DNA from: Podarcis filfolensis
Taxonomy: Eukaryota
Assembly (NCBI GenBank): GCA_964270895.1
Contig: OZ185436.1
DNA length: 64,000 bases
Strand: one strand, 5' to 3'
Shown: one piece after another, positions 33,629 to 47,396 of the stretch
Position numbering within the stretch: the stretch's first letter is position 1
Layout: each line of letters starts with the position of its first letter
Translations under genes and position numbers: made by a program
Notes under the pieces: model-generated
What the model saw: only the letters and a program-made list of their open reading frames with translations
Told to the model about the DNA's origin: nothing
Databases searched by the model: none

Positions 33629-36600
33629 TGAGAATAAGTTTAGAAGAGAGAAACTGCCCCATTAACATTAACACGTTTTTTAAAATTAATTAGTAGTGTT
33701 TTTGAGCAGCATCAGCTTTTTTGACGTGTTACCTCAGAAAGAGTTCTTAGCAGACCATAATTATCCAGGCATGTCCCCATGGACAGCTCTCTGTCTCTGG
33801 GGCTTGGTGGGAATTCACACTGTGCTTACAACATTTGAAATATTAACTAGCTTTTACATGCTTTGTAAAGACTAGTTTGTGTGACTGTTCTGTGGTGGTA
33901 ATGTGTTTGAAAGGTCCAATGAGCATGTTTTCTCCCCTTCCTCCCCCACTTAGGGAATGATGAAAGAGAGTGAAGGATAGGTTTGCTCTCAAAATTAGGG
34001 TTTAAGTCTAAGAGGTCACTCCAGAAGTGCCATCAATGTGCATGTTGTTTGTCATCCAAATAACAGAATCAGGCCTGTCAGGGAGTGGCCTTACTGTGGT
34101 CCTGACAAAATCTGTCCCCTCTACTACTGTTTGCATGGGGGAGGAATGTCTGCGTTGACACAAAATCACCCATCTCACCCCCAGTTCACAGCTATTAGCC
34201 CGAAATATTCCTAAACCAGGGGCAGCTGTGATCATTTACCATGATGGCTGAAGAGATTGTGAATAGAAATTAGTTCTTTTCCTGTTACCCAGCGGAGATG
34301 CCTTTGACCACCTCATATAAGTTCCCCAGCTGTATCTCCAAATAGAATAAAAAGCTTTTCAAAATAAAAAAGTATTTAACTAGATTCCTGAAAGCTAACA
34401 ACATTGAGCATCTTCAGAGTTTGCTGTGAAAAGAAATTATTAGAAACCAAGGACAACAACTGTGGGGGGGTTTCATTGTGCAGCTACACTATCTACCTTT
34501 CAGAGCAGGGATCTCTAGCTGGCCTAGGCAGGAAGGGAGACCTCATTCAAAAAGACTGATTGGAACCAGGCAAGCTTCCAGAGCTTATGCTTTACTTCAC
34601 TGGTTTCTGGTGATAACAAAACAAGGTTTGTTGTGCCATTGTGAAGACCATTGGGGGCAAGATATTTTGCTGCCTGAGGCAATTCCCCTCCCAGTTCCAC
34701 AAACAGAAACTGGCTGGACTCCAGTTAAATCTTACTTCTATACTGATGAAGGGATAGCATCCTGCACTTTGAGGTGCAGAATACCTGGGGGCTCAAGAGG
34801 AACAGTCCCTGAGCATTTGTTACCTGAGCCAGTTGGCTCCCTCTGCCTAATGGTTGGGCCAGCCCTGTTGAAGGATCTTTGGCCTTTGGGAAAAAGAGAG
34901 GGAATTTCTTCCATGATATTTTGTGTCAGGTCAATCACTTCACTGGTCAGTTTTTATTCCTGCTCTGTGTCCGAAGCAATACTAGGGGGCTATGTTTTGG
35001 CATGCAGATGTGTGTTTGTTGCTCACCGCTTTCGTTCAAGCGGCGTCTCTCTGCAGCATTGCACTCTCCAGAGAAGTCTTCTGAAATAATTAAATCAAAC
35101 TGTTCAATTGTGGAAGCCTTTTATAGTTAGATTGCTAGGCCCTATGGATTTATTAACAAAAATAATCTTCATATTTTCACTTTTCACAGAACCTTTATGT
35201 GCTGTGGTCTCTGGGGAGGTTTGCTAATGTCTGTTCATCCTTTCATGGCACTAGTGTGTTGACAATGATGTTGTAGAAGGTATTACTAAAAAGGCTGCTT
35301 TTGACTTCTCTGTACTACAGGACAGGAAAAGAGGAATGAGAGGAGGGCAAGAGGGAATAGTGTAAGAACTAGACACACAAACACACACAGAAAGTTGATC
35401 ACTGATGCTCAAATTACAAATTGCCTCTCAGGGCCAAACAGTTCAGAAGTGCTGCCTGGCACATGGTACCTTTATTTTATCATGTGAACCAGAGGAAGCA
35501 GAGAAAGGAAACTAGTTTCCCTAATCCTTTCCTTTTGTGACTGCTATCTTGTATAAATATTGTCCTTCTCTTGCTTTTCCTGGAAACCACAAAGACCCTG
35601 AAACAGCGCCTCACGTGATGGCATATTACCGCACGCTTGAGCAGTCTTGGCTCTTAATCCTGCATAATGTACTTGAATGAGTGGGGTGAGCTAAGCGTCC
35701 CTGGCAGGGGCGTCCATCTCTGTCTCTACCTCATTGCCTCCCTCTCTGCCAGAGATGCCGCTGCGGACACAGACTGGCCCTCTGCTAGGCTGGCATGCTC
35801 TATTAATGAGTTTGAAGCAGAACTGCTTTCCCTTTGGTTGCATTTTGCACCCAGCAAATTCCAATTTCTGTTTCACATCTTTGCTGCAAAATGAATGTAG
35901 TCCTGTTTCTGTAAATTGATAATGCAATTCCTTACTGCTACCTGCTGAGTGTTTGTCCAAGCTGGCTTTGGATGGGCCATAATTTAGCCACGGGGAGAGC
36001 TGTTTTCATGCAACCAGGTGCAAAAAGGGCTGATTTCAGCCTTAGTGCTGGTCCTGTAAACAACTGTGCCATGTTTGGGAACACTTCATTGTACAGATGG
36101 TGGTTGTTGGACCTCTTACAGCGGCTGTCAAAATATCTGTGTCTGGGAACTGTTCCATAATGTCTCTACTTCTTTAGTTCCTACCCTTTTCCTGATAGTT
36201 TTCTTTCCTTCTGAGCAGCTTACTCTCAGTCGACAAAAAGCATCCCTTTACAGCAGGGTGAGGAAGCTCAGGCCTGGGGGCCAGTTGCAGCTCTCTAGGC
36301 TTCTTGATCTGGATCTCTGGACTTTTCTCCAACCTTTGTATCCCCCTTGAATACATTTGCCGGGCAGGAATGTGCCCTTGAATTCAGATAGTGCCTCTTG
36401 CTTGCTGGTATGGAGGATGCTTACCGTACATATTTAGCCTCATGTCCGTACAATGACATAAAGTTTATCCCACTTTTGCCATGTCAGAGTATGTGCTTAC
36501 CCCACAGGGATTGACCTCCAGTTCAGATAGAAGGCTTCTTCTGCAGACAGGCAGGTCTCTCGCTGGTCACGCAGAAGACCTTACCTCTTTTGAAATCATG

Positions 36601-36777
36601 TTTGCCCTGATGGCAAGGAGAACAATAACACCTTGTGGACACCTTTAGCTCTTAGAAAGGTTGGTCTTCTCTCACCTGCTATGAAATTGGGCTTAGCCTA
36701 CTTCTGACCTCCCTCTCAACTTCAATCTCCCTAGGACAAAAGGCTGTCCTGTTACTATGGCTGGCTTTAGAGTGGAT

Positions 36778-36913
36778 CAGGCATAGGCAAACTCGGCCCT
36801 CCAGATGTTTTGGGACTACAGTTTGCATTGTCCCTGACCACTGGTCCTGTTAGCTAGGGATCATGGGAGTTGTAGTCCCAAAACATCTGGAGGGCCAAGT
36901 TTGCCTATGCCTG
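36778..36913. mobile_element. Palindromic hAT MITE with 8-bp TSD
   Basis: Long TIR caggcataggcaaactcggccctccagatgttttgggactac / gtagtcccaaaacatctggagggccaagtttgcctatgcctg. Flanks gagtggat / gagtagat. Confidence 0.88.
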
Positions 36914-36945
36914 GAGTAGATGATGCCGCATCCCTGGAGTCTGCC

Positions 36946-37100
36946 CATAAGAACAGCCTGCTGCATCATTTCGGTGGATCCTTCTAGTCCAGCATCCTGT
37001 TCTCGCAGTGGCCAACCAGATGCCTGGGGGAAGCCTGCAGGCAGGACCTGAGCACCAGAGCACTCTGCCCACTTGCAGTTCCCAGCAACCAGAAGCAGAA
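36946..37100 (-). mobile_element. Old CR1-related 3'-end repeat
   Basis: cataagaacagcctgc...tagtccagcatcctgttctcgcagtggccaaccagatgcc is the reverse complement of the family at 14205-14372. Confidence 0.65.
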
Positions 37101-39317
37101 CATATACCCACCATGGCATTCTGCAAGGGATGAATTTCTTCAACCATCACTGCCTTCTCGCCTTTAATGATCTTCCAGATAGGCTAGCAATGAAACTTTC
37201 CCCCTCTCCCCCTTTGACTTTTAGCCATGGAACAAACCCTCCTCCCAAGATAGGATGGCTGTAGTCCACTTCAATCTAGCAATGTGCAGGTAGACTGGGA
37301 GCAGGTTTGATTTCAGCATTTAGCTAATGGTCCAAGCAGACCAGATGGGTGGCTGGAGAAAGTGGAACAATACAGCGTAATGAAGCTTCATGGCTTTGCC
37401 CCGCCTTTTTAAATACATTTCGTGTTTGCCAGGAGGGAGCCTAAGGCATAAGAGATCAAAGCTAAGACTTCCTTGCTCTAATACCTTGGGGAAGGAGCCG
37501 TTGAATTGAATTGACAGGCAAGGCACCATCCACTTTGTTAAAACATCAAGAACATTGCTAATGATCTACTTCTGTCCCAGCAGGTAAACTACAATCCTGC
37601 CCGTTTTTATCACAGCTATTAGCCAGGTGTCTAGGTGCAATAAAAAGAAAAAGAACATTGATGCTTCATTGGATTGTCTAGGCCAACAAGTTCACTTCCT
37701 ACAAAGGATGCTATTTCAGAATCAAAATCGTTCTTGCAGCACTCCAGTTTTCCAAATCAAAGCACGTGGGGCAACTGCAGTCCAAGCTCGTAGTCTGAAT
37801 TGCAGCAGCACTTGGGCTATGTTCCTACACCTGTTTACTGCACACACTCACATCATTCTCAATGCTGGGATTTTAATCTGTGTTCACCTGACAGGTTATC
37901 CCAAATGCATATGTATCCTGCACTTTATTATATGAAACTATGGTTTGATGTGTTTCTCAAACCATCTTCACACTGATCGAAGTCCTTAAGCCATTCCTAA
38001 TTTGTCTCTAGCCAACTTGCTCTAAGGTGGTAATTTGAGCACACACTGAAATTATTGGCACAATGGCAGCAAGTGCCAGGGGCTCTTCCCTTTCTGTAGC
38101 TTCAGAAAGGCAGCTTTTACCCCTTTCAGCCCCATTAGTAGTGCATTCACTGTTGCTATTTTTGTGTCATGCACAAATAAAAAAATACATTTTTAAACAT
38201 TGAAATGAGTACTGTAAATCATGATAAATGAAATGGTGTGCACATTCATTTTAAATTCAGCTAACTGAATTTGGATTAGGGCATTTTAATATTTAAATTG
38301 GTGCAAATGAATACATTATACCCAATTTGGATTAAAATTAGATCATAGTTCCTAAAAGGGAGCTATGAGCAGCTAGTGCAACTCCCTGCCACAGAAACAT
38401 TCAGATTTCAGTTATTTGGAAGGTACCTAATAATTTCCAGAGTAACTTTTCTTCAATTGCATATTTCACTCATAGCAGATCCTCAAGATAGGCAACACAG
38501 CTCGTGGGTCAGAAGCATAGTTGTGTGGACTGGCAAATCTTGCTATTGTGTTTAACTACACTTGGACTTTGTGTGGGGTCCACTTCGTCTTGATTCATCT
38601 AAATCAAGTACCACAAACTGGCAGGACCTCAGCTTTGATTAAATGCAGGTCTGCAGACATTATGCTGGGAAAGTGATCCTGATTTTGTAAAGATTGCTAG
38701 CACCACCTAGTGGACATTTCTGACTCTCCACCTTTAACATGTAAATTTATACCCTGAATGAGGTAGGCTCATTCACTTCTTTGGAAGCGAGTTTCCATTT
38801 TCAAAGTCTTGGGGATACCCTCTACTTCTTACTTCAGCATTTTGTGACTGAGCCTTGGACACTCCCTTTTCTTCCTTTAGCACTAACACAAGGAAAGAAT
38901 TAGATGCTTTCGCTCTGCTTTCAACTAACCGCAGTTACTGGTTTGGTCAGAACCTGGACAAAGTGTGGCCAGTCCATGATTTAGGAGAATAAGCTAACTT
39001 TAAACCACAATTTATTATATTGGCTCATTTCCCTAAACCACAATTCAGATTAACCACAGCTGTATGCTTAGACATCATAATTGATTAAAAACGGAAGTAA
39101 AAGCTCTCAACCTCTTCCATGGGGTGACACACACAAGTCCAAGGCTCACACATGTAATGGTACTCAATATTGCTTCCTGACTGGATCAAGATGTTTTAAA
39201 TTAAGGACATGTAAGTAACATTGCATGCTCGAACTTGACATGCAGTGAATAACAATGCTTTCTCTTTTTTAAATAATCTCCACTTCAGATTCAGAGAGTG
39301 TTTTTCACAGTTCTTTT

Positions 39318-39740
39318 TTTTAAAGATATTTATTGAAGTTTTACAAAAAGAAGAAAATTACAGAATAAAAAGAAAACAAGAGGAAAAAAATACAAAAATA
39401 CATAGAAAAAAAAAGATACAAAATACAGAAAAAGTGAATAGAAAAAATTAAAAACAAATCAATTTTTGTCATATCTTAAATTTCATTTGCTTATTTCCCT
39501 GACCTCCTCACACCTCCCTTTTTTGTATTCCCATTTACATGGTTAGTTCAGCAAATCCTTACCCTCTTTCATTTATCTTAACTCTATATCTCAGCATATT
39601 ATAACTATATATTTTCATCCGTTATCAATCCATTTTTACATATTCTTATTGACCTTGTTGCTAAGGCCGCTTAAATTCAATCCAACATCATTTTAACATT
39701 CATTAATTTTACAATGTTTCTGCAAATAGTCTTCCAGTTC
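39318..39740 (-). mobile_element. L1-clade LINE 3' end, 5'-truncated, with TSD
   Basis: Poly(A) (T-run at 39314-39321) preceded by AATAAA, A/T-skewed 3' UTR, ORF2-end-like ELEDYLQKHCK. TSD cagttctttt (39308-39317) / cagttccttt (39741-39750). Confidence 0.7.
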
Positions 39741-40512
39741 CAGTTCCTTTACATTTAGTGAGAGACACTTTTATGACAATGCTTCCTTGAGTTGTTTGGG
39801 TATAGGTTTGTTTCATAACCTCGTGTTGCTTCAACAGTGTTGACTTAATGTGCCTATCTAGGGAGAAGGATGTTTATACCCTTCAGACTGGGAAGAACAT
39901 AGGTAGGGCTGTGTATACACCAGGAACATTTCAAAATTCAGCATGCTATACAAATTATGCAAAGCAAGCAAATGTTTACCTATTTTGTATTATTTATTAT
40001 ATTTATTGTTGTGAGGTGCTGTCTGTTGGGTAGGACTGGAAAGGAGCTATCCATGGCAATCCACAAAGTGAACCAGCACACAACATTTGTCAAGTAGGAT
40101 TGAATGCAATTTCCTAGGGACAATGAAATAAGAACAGTGAGGTTTTTTGTTTTTAAATCCAGTGATAATTTGAAATGATCCTGTGCTCTATATTTGAGAC
40201 TTGCATTAGATGGTGTTTAAAACCTGTTAGCTTCTCTAATCTCAGTTTCTCTCCTGCTTTCTCAATGCCAGCGTTAAAAAATTAATCTGAGGCCTATTGT
40301 GTTTTGCATTGCTTCTGGAAAAGGCTGAGGCCAAGGTTTGTGAAACCTGGTTGTTGTTGATATAGTCATTAAGAGGATTTCCTACAGGAATATGCCTTTC
40401 TTGTTTGCATCAGATGACAGATGCAGAAAATACCTCTTCTACCCAATGCAGATTCATTGGGAATCCATAACCTCACAAGGCGCTTGTCTCTTTGGCCAAT
40501 TTTCCTACAGAA

Positions 40513-40745
40513 AAGACAGTTTGGCCAGTAATGGTTAAAAGTGCCAGACTAAGAACCTGGAAGACCAGAATTCAGTTCCCCATTTATCCAGGAAACTCAC
40601 TGGGTGACCTTGGATCAGTCACCATCTCTCAGCCTAACCTACCTCACAAGGTTGTTGTCATGAGGATAAAATGGGATGAGTGAGATCCATATGCACCACC
40701 TTGAGCAGCTTGGGGGGAAAGGTAGCACATAAATGTAATAAATAT
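40513..40745 (+). mobile_element. Older Squam3/Ther1(MIR)-like SINE
   Basis: tRNA-like head, CORE-like ctgggtgaccttggatcagtcac...ctacctcacaaggttgttg and aaatgtaataaata tail. Confidence 0.65.
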
Positions 40746-40958
40746 CTGGAAGTAACATCAGTCTACATGATCTTTTACAGACTAGAGGAGAGCTGGAGTC
40801 AAATGCTCACTTATCCGCAAAGCTAACTGGGTGACCTCAGACCACTCACTCTCCCACAGCCTGCTGAGAAAGAGAGGAAAGGAATATATGTTGATCTCAG
40901 AACTGGGAAGGAAGGTAGGAAAAAATTATACAGCATTTGTGGGAGGCTAAGGTACCAG

Positions 40959-41841
40959 GGATGTGGGTGGCACTGTGTTAAACCACAGAGCCTAGGGCTT
41001 GCCGATTAGAAGGTTGGCGGTTCAAATCCCTGTGACGGGGTGAGCTCCCATTGCTCAGTCCCTCCTCCTGCCAACCTAGCACTTCAAAAGCACTTGATGC
41101 AAGTAGATAAATAGGTACCGCTACGGCGGGAAGGTAAACAGCGTTTCCGTGTGCTGCTCTGGTTTTGCCAGAAACAACTTAGTCATGCTGGCCACATGAC
41201 CCGGAAGCTCTACGCTGGCTCCCTCGGCCAATAAAGCGAGATGAGTGCCGCAACCCCAGAGTCGGCCACGACTGGACCTAATGGTCAGGGGTCCCTTTGT
41301 TGTTATTGTTGTTTAGTCGTTTAGTCATGTCCGACTCTTCGTGACCCCATGGACCAGAGCACGCCTGGCACTCCTGTCTTCCACTGCCTCCCGCAGTTCG
41401 GTTAAACTCATGCTGGTAGCTTCAAGAACACCATCCAACCATCTCGTCCTCTGTCATCCCCTTCTCCTTGTGCCCTCCATCTTTCCCAACATCAGGGTCT
41501 TTTCCAGGGAGTCTTCTCTTCTCATGAGGTGGCCAAAGTATTGGAGCCTCAGCTTCAGGATCTGTCCTTCCAGTGAGCACTCAGGGCTGATTTCCTTCAG
41601 AATGGAGAGGTTTGATCTTCTTGCAGTCCATGGGACTCTCAAGAGTCTCCTCCAGCACCATAATTCAAAAGCATCAATTTGTCGGCGATCAGCCTTCTTT
41701 ATGGTCCAGCTCTCACTTCCATACATCACTACTGGGAAAACCATAGCTTTTACTATACGGACCTTTGTTGGCAAGGTGATGTCTCTACTTTTTAAGATGC
41801 TGTCTCGGTTTGTCATTGAGGGGTCCCTTTACCGTTACCTT
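40959..41841 (+). mobile_element. Sauria SINE interrupted by BovB, flanked by an 11-bp TSD
   Basis: SINE body 40959-41298 resumes at 41819-41841 (acc(g)ttacctt tail). TAAGGTACCAG at 40948-40958 and 41842-41852. Confidence 0.9.
41299..41818 (-). mobile_element. RTE-BovB LINE 3' fragment, 5'-truncated, with a 12-bp TSD
   Basis: ORF MTNRDSILKSRDITLPTKVRIVKAMVFPVVMYGSESWTIKKADRRQIDAFELWCWRRLLRVPWTARRSN... is the BovB ORF C-terminus; tail actaaacgactaaacaacaataacaac. TSD AGGGGTCCCTTT at 41287-41298 and 41819-41830. Confidence 0.93.
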
Positions 41842-42622
41842 TAAGGTACCAGCAGGTGGCAGTAGAGGTGAACTGAAAGGTATTACCATTGGCGCCTGCA
41901 AGTATGTATTGATAATTTGACAGAGGTGAAAACAAAGAGAGGACAAGGCACCAAGTGTTGCTGTTTCAGCAGAATATACCAAGCATATTTGTACACAAGC
42001 TATGGATCTCCTGGGAATCTGCTCCCATGAATACTCAAGAAATCTTTCCCCCAGCCTGACATCCTCATTGCACCAGCTGATCACCCTCACGTAGAATTGA
42101 ATATATTCAGCTGTACAAGTGTGCAAGTTTCATGAGAGCAAAAGGCATGCAGTATTCCAAAAAATGAAAAAGTGGGTGTGCCTAAGGAGGGCATGTTCAG
42201 TTTAGCAGGGGCTGAGCCAGTGCAAACCAGGAAGAGGAAACGGCCTCTTGTGCATTGTAGAATTTTGTAAAGATACTTAAGAGACCCTTTGCAATCGCCT
42301 AGGAAGCACCAGCACCCAAGGGTGCCTAGGTGACCCTTGTCCTTAGCATAGGTTGACAGATACAGCATAATACACAGAAAGTTTGGTTCTGGGCCACATT
42401 CTTCCCTGTAACCAGGCTACCCACGTTAAGCAGCTATACCTATCCCAAGGTCTGCTACTTTTATGTAGCTTCTGTCTTCAGACAAAACCTAAGCTAGTGA
42501 AAGCAGAAGGGGCAAATGGAAAGGCATAGCCATGAATTGAATGCAACTCATGGCTGCTGCACTCTTGAACCCTCTCAATTTTTGAATCTATCCCGTGGCT
42601 GATTAAACTGCACTCTCTACAG

Positions 42623-42839
42623 CAGTGATGTCCAGCCGGTCACCTGCATCGATTGTGGGACCCCTCTTGATGTCTTGATGGGTGTTCTTTAATTGCAATC
42701 AGCCGACGAGTTAGGAAATGAAAGAAGCGGTTACCGCTGTGTCGTTCTTTTAGGTTAGCGATTTCTCTCCCCCCCCCCTTTATAAAAAAATAATTATAAT
42801 GGGAGCAGATCGCAGTCTCTTGTGAGTTGGACATGCCTG
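42623..42839. mobile_element. hAT (Charlie-like) MITE with 8-bp TSD
   Basis: Imperfect TIR cagtgatgtccagcc / gagttggacatgcctg. Flanks ctctacag (42615-42622) and ttctacag (42840-42847). Confidence 0.75.
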
Positions 42840-43694
42840 TTCTACAGCGAGGGCGGCAGAACTACAACTCCCATCAGCCCCAGCCAGCATGGCTAGCAAT
42901 GGTGTTAGTTGTCTAACAGCCCAACAATATTTAGAGTACTGCTAAGTTCCCCACCCCTGCTCCCAACACACGCACACACGACCAGCCCAAAATAATTTGC
43001 TGCCTGGGGCAAAGGGCATGGTGGCAATTCCTATGGACACTCCATATGTAGTAGCCAAGTGGGCTGGCATGGGAATCTCCTTCAGTGCACCTGAGGAAAG
43101 CAAGCTAGTTCAAGGGCTGCAGGACTGGGTGTATGGCACCTCCCAACCAAAGAGAATTGCCAGGGTCTGTCCCTATTGCCTCCTAGCATATTCTGCCTGA
43201 AGTGTTTGCCTCATTCTGCTTAATGGTAGAGGATAGCTAGCCTCTCTTGCTGTAATCACACAAACTATTTAAGGGGGTGGGCTTGTAATACATGAATAAA
43301 GAGAGCTTGAGTATGGAATACAGTAGTAGGCCTGCCAGCTGCATTTCCATAGTGAGGTGTTTTTAAAAAATATTGATTTGTGTTTGCGTGTTCGTGTATA
43401 CACAAACACACACCCATCAGAGATTGATATTGGCCCAAAGTCATGAAGAATGCATTGGATCAGTGCAGCGGAATCCTCCGAAATCCTCCATTTGAAAGCG
43501 GCCTTAGAGAAGAGCCCTTTGAGGTCTGGAAGTACCGCCTGCCTTAAGCCCCAGAGAGGTAAAAGAAAAAAGGGGGCAGTCATATACGGCACTGAGAATT
43601 CAGTAGTTTGACTTTCCTCAGCTCAGCCCTGTTATACCACCTCTTCTTCAGCTGGGAAGAAATAATTCAGACTTGTTTTCCCAAACAGTTCACA

Positions 43695-43700
43695 TTTATT
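43695..43700 (-). terminator. SEC14L1: SEC14L1 poly(A) signal
   Basis: AATAAA on the minus strand ~480 nt after the RWRFC stop, in an AT-rich 3'-UTR-like context. Confidence 0.65.
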
Positions 43701-44180
43701 ATTGATACAAATAAAAAAAATCTTTTAAAGACCGTTATCTTATTACCAAGATTGAGGTAATATGTTTACAAAACATTTACAGAAATTGATATGAAGTTCA
43801 TGAATACAGATGAGGAGAGAGGGGAAAAGTTGTTAAGTTCAGTAAAGGTAGGACCAGCAGAATTATCAGTTCTGACAGGAAGGAAGGATCGCGTAGGTAG
43901 GACCACACACTATGAAGAAGAGGATAAGTTGGGTAGGTGATAGTTGCCATGGCACTCCATTTTTTAAAAATGCTGCTTTTTGTGATGTATGGACCCCCTC
44001 AAGTGTTTGTGCTTTGAGCTCTGAAAGATGCATTTGACTTCTAGGAAAAAAAGTATCCCCATATGGGACACTTCTGAGCAAACTTATTAGATCTTCAGAC
44101 AGGAGAAGTGGCTGTAACTACAAAGCCAGACATCTCTGAGCTGATGTGGACTGTTGAGTGAAGTGGTTTCTTTACAGCTG

Positions 44181-44196
44181 TCAGCAAAATCGCCAT
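44181..44196 (-). CDS. SEC14L1: SEC14L1 alternative terminal coding exon (R)WRFC*
   Basis: Polypyrimidine tract tctctctctctttttctctcAG then A TGG CGA TTT TGC TGA; in phase with the donor AG|GTAG at 45971/45970. Matches the recalled human isoform ending ...MISRWRFC. Confidence 0.8.
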
Positions 44197-45966
44197 CTGA
44201 GAGAAAAAGAGAGAGAGAGAAAGAGGGGACCATCCCTTACAAGTGGGGAAAAAAGAGGACATGCCCTTTTGCACCAGGAACACTAACTGGCTGCACATGG
44301 CACTATGCTGCTTTGAGGCAGGAGCTATGTTCATGACTGCATATCAAGCATTAAAACCACTTCTGAAATCATGGGGGGGTGTCTTATTAGTTAAGCAGCT
44401 ATCACAGAGAGCATGTGTGAGTTTGTGACCTAATGTATATTCTGCCACCCTTCCTACAATTTGACCAATACTTGAAGGGTCACCTTGACCTAATACTTCA
44501 AACACCACAAGTGTTGTCTAATTCTTCGGAAAACTGTTTTAGTCAGCATTTTACAGCCTTTAAACGAACATAGGCATTTGGCACCCTGATCCTAAACCAA
44601 TTTCCACAGAGCACAGCACCATCATATTCTACAAGCTCCTTCTCTGGCCTAGTTCTATTTATAAACAAGGGGCTTTTATTTTAAATATATTTCAGATCTG
44701 GGGTGGGTTGAAGAGGATACAACTTCAGCCGTTACCCGCTTTTCCAAGTAATTTGCAGCCTCTGAAATGTTTTAACTAGCTGGCTACTAAGGTCTGATGC
44801 AACACAGCAAACTTAAGACTGGCTGAATGTTTTGAGCTTTCCAAAAAATACATGCAAGGTTTCAAGCTGAAGTCTCTCAAATATGAAGGAAGTAGCAGGG
44901 GAAGGGTGATTAAAAGAGCACTTAGCATAGTAATTAAAGCCCTGGTTATAGGAAAATTGGAGCTGCAATAATTGTAGCCACAGCAGATTACACTTGTGTT
45001 CTGGACAGGATGCGGTGGCATCTTAGTGACATGTGAGATTTCCATTGCAGTTGTAGGACAGATAAGAACGTGAGAAAAGAGCAGCCACCCCCTTCCACTC
45101 TTCAGCTCTTGGCAGAAGAGATGCCAGCATTCAGGGGGGGTTGCTCAGGGTGAAAAGTTGCAAGTTGGGGCATGGTGAAATGGGGCTCCGGAAGTTTAGG
45201 ATGTTGAGAAGAGTCTGCTCTGTCCTCTTCAGTGCTAAGAGGTGTAACTCTTTATAGACCTGAAAAACCTTTCAATGCCCAAAGCTGGAGTTATTAAGCC
45301 CTTAGCAGTGAGATTTAGTGAAATATATGAATGTCAAAAGGGCTGCCTGAGAAGGCCAGAAATCCTGCTTCCTCCGCCGAAGGCAGCACTCACCTATGAC
45401 AGAGCTAGAGAAAAAGGTAAGCAGTTCAGCCAGGCACCCGCTGGCACTTCATGAAATGTCAAGTATTCTAGCTACTGCCTTTCTCTATACTTAAATGCTG
45501 GGCAGAAGCAGAGGAAGACTCTCACAGCGCCACGAGAAGAGGAAGTGTTTTTGAGCTTTGTGAGAACCTCACTGGCAGGAGCTTTAGGTTAGATTTCTAA
45601 TGCACTATAAAATGTCTTGAAAGGATGGTATTTTAAAAAATAAATTCTCAACCACACTGATTACGCCTTTCGTTGCAAAACAGCCTTTGCATGTCCAGGT
45701 TAGGATTTGTGCAAGCATGTTTATGTTTGGGGAAGGGGGGAAATACTATGGTTACCGCATTAAGACTGGATACGCTTTCAGCTCTAATTCAAAACAAAAC
45801 CAGTATATTTAAATGCACAGACAGCTACTTTACTATCTATAAAAAGGCCTTCCACATGTTTTTTTTTGTTTTTGCAATTGTCACCGATGATTAAGCTGTA
45901 TTGCAGTTGACTGCCATAGACGAGGCTCCGGCCATCTCATCAACTGGCTTTTGGCTGGCAGTGGCA

Positions 45967-46285
<319 letters not shown>

Positions 46286-47396
46286 TCCTGTGCTTTCCAG
46301 AACAGTAGCTGTATTGGTTTGTTGCACTATTTATTTATTTTTTTACAAAAAACCCTCTATATACGCTCTGCCCACCACCAGCATATGAGCTCCCATAAAA
46401 GGAATGTTGTCCTCAACAGAAATAATAAAAGTTGCTCATCTCTGATTTACATGGTAAAGTAATCCCAAGAAACCAGAGTGAATGGGGGGTTCTTTTCTTC
46501 AATCTAAATTCCAATTTAACCCTTCATTCAGTAGGAAAATATTTAAGAATTCTCAGTCCTTAATGCCCTTGGAAGAATTTGAATTCAAGATAATGTTCAG
46601 ATATAGGGAAAGAGATTTCTTTCACTTCTGACCATGTTGAATGAGAACCAGGTATTTTGTTTAAAAGCTCTCCTTAAATGCAGGTTGTATCCAAAGCAAG
46701 AGGTTTTAAATATACCAATGGATTTGCACAATATTATGCAGCTAGAGTGAGGCAGTTTTGTGATCCTTGGGCCCAACTGCATCTGAGACTAGGGGCAACC
46801 AACTTTTCAGGTTGTCTATTCTAGACCCATTCTGCACACCACCACCGTTAGAGGTATTCAAGTAGGCATTTCACATACGAGTTCAGCTTCATGAGAATCT
46901 GTTCCTTCACAAAATACACTTGCAGTTTTAGGATCCTTTCAGCTTTAGAGCCCTGTAGAGCTAAAATGGATCCCAACAGTCATCTAGTCCAACCCTTTAA
47001 AATGCACATGGTCCTCCCTCCAATTCGAAACCATACTGGACCTTGCTTAGCTTTGCAAACATGCTAGCAGTTTTACTGCTGCATCCCTGATCTTGGTGGT
47101 CAGGTAACTCCATTCACAATAGCTTCACCTCCCTCCCCCTTTCACTTCCCTAGTTCCTGCCAACTTTACTTAATACTCGTATTTGATGTGCAGTAAGTAC
47201 TTTCACAACATTGCTGTTCTAAGCAATTCTGGCAAAGTGGCAGAACTGCAAGGACCCTTCTTCCATGTTTAAAAGGCCTTCACAGTATTGCCTTTCAACC
47301 AAGCAAATCATAAGAACTATTTTTGATTTTCCTTTCAGGGGTCTTTCCATTGGGATTTCCCTGGCATGGTGCCTGCAAAGGCACAGCTAAGCATAC

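Noticed and set aside
34478-35089. 203-aa intergenic ORF on the plus strand
   Set aside because: GTG start, no recognisable motif, no clear splice or promoter context; one ORF of this length is plausible by chance in six frames of 64 kb.
39245-39451. Lys-rich ORF
   Set aside because: Arises from the A-rich antisense L1 3' UTR.
41341-41844. 167-aa plus-strand ORF
   Set aside because: Antisense frame of the BovB fragment.
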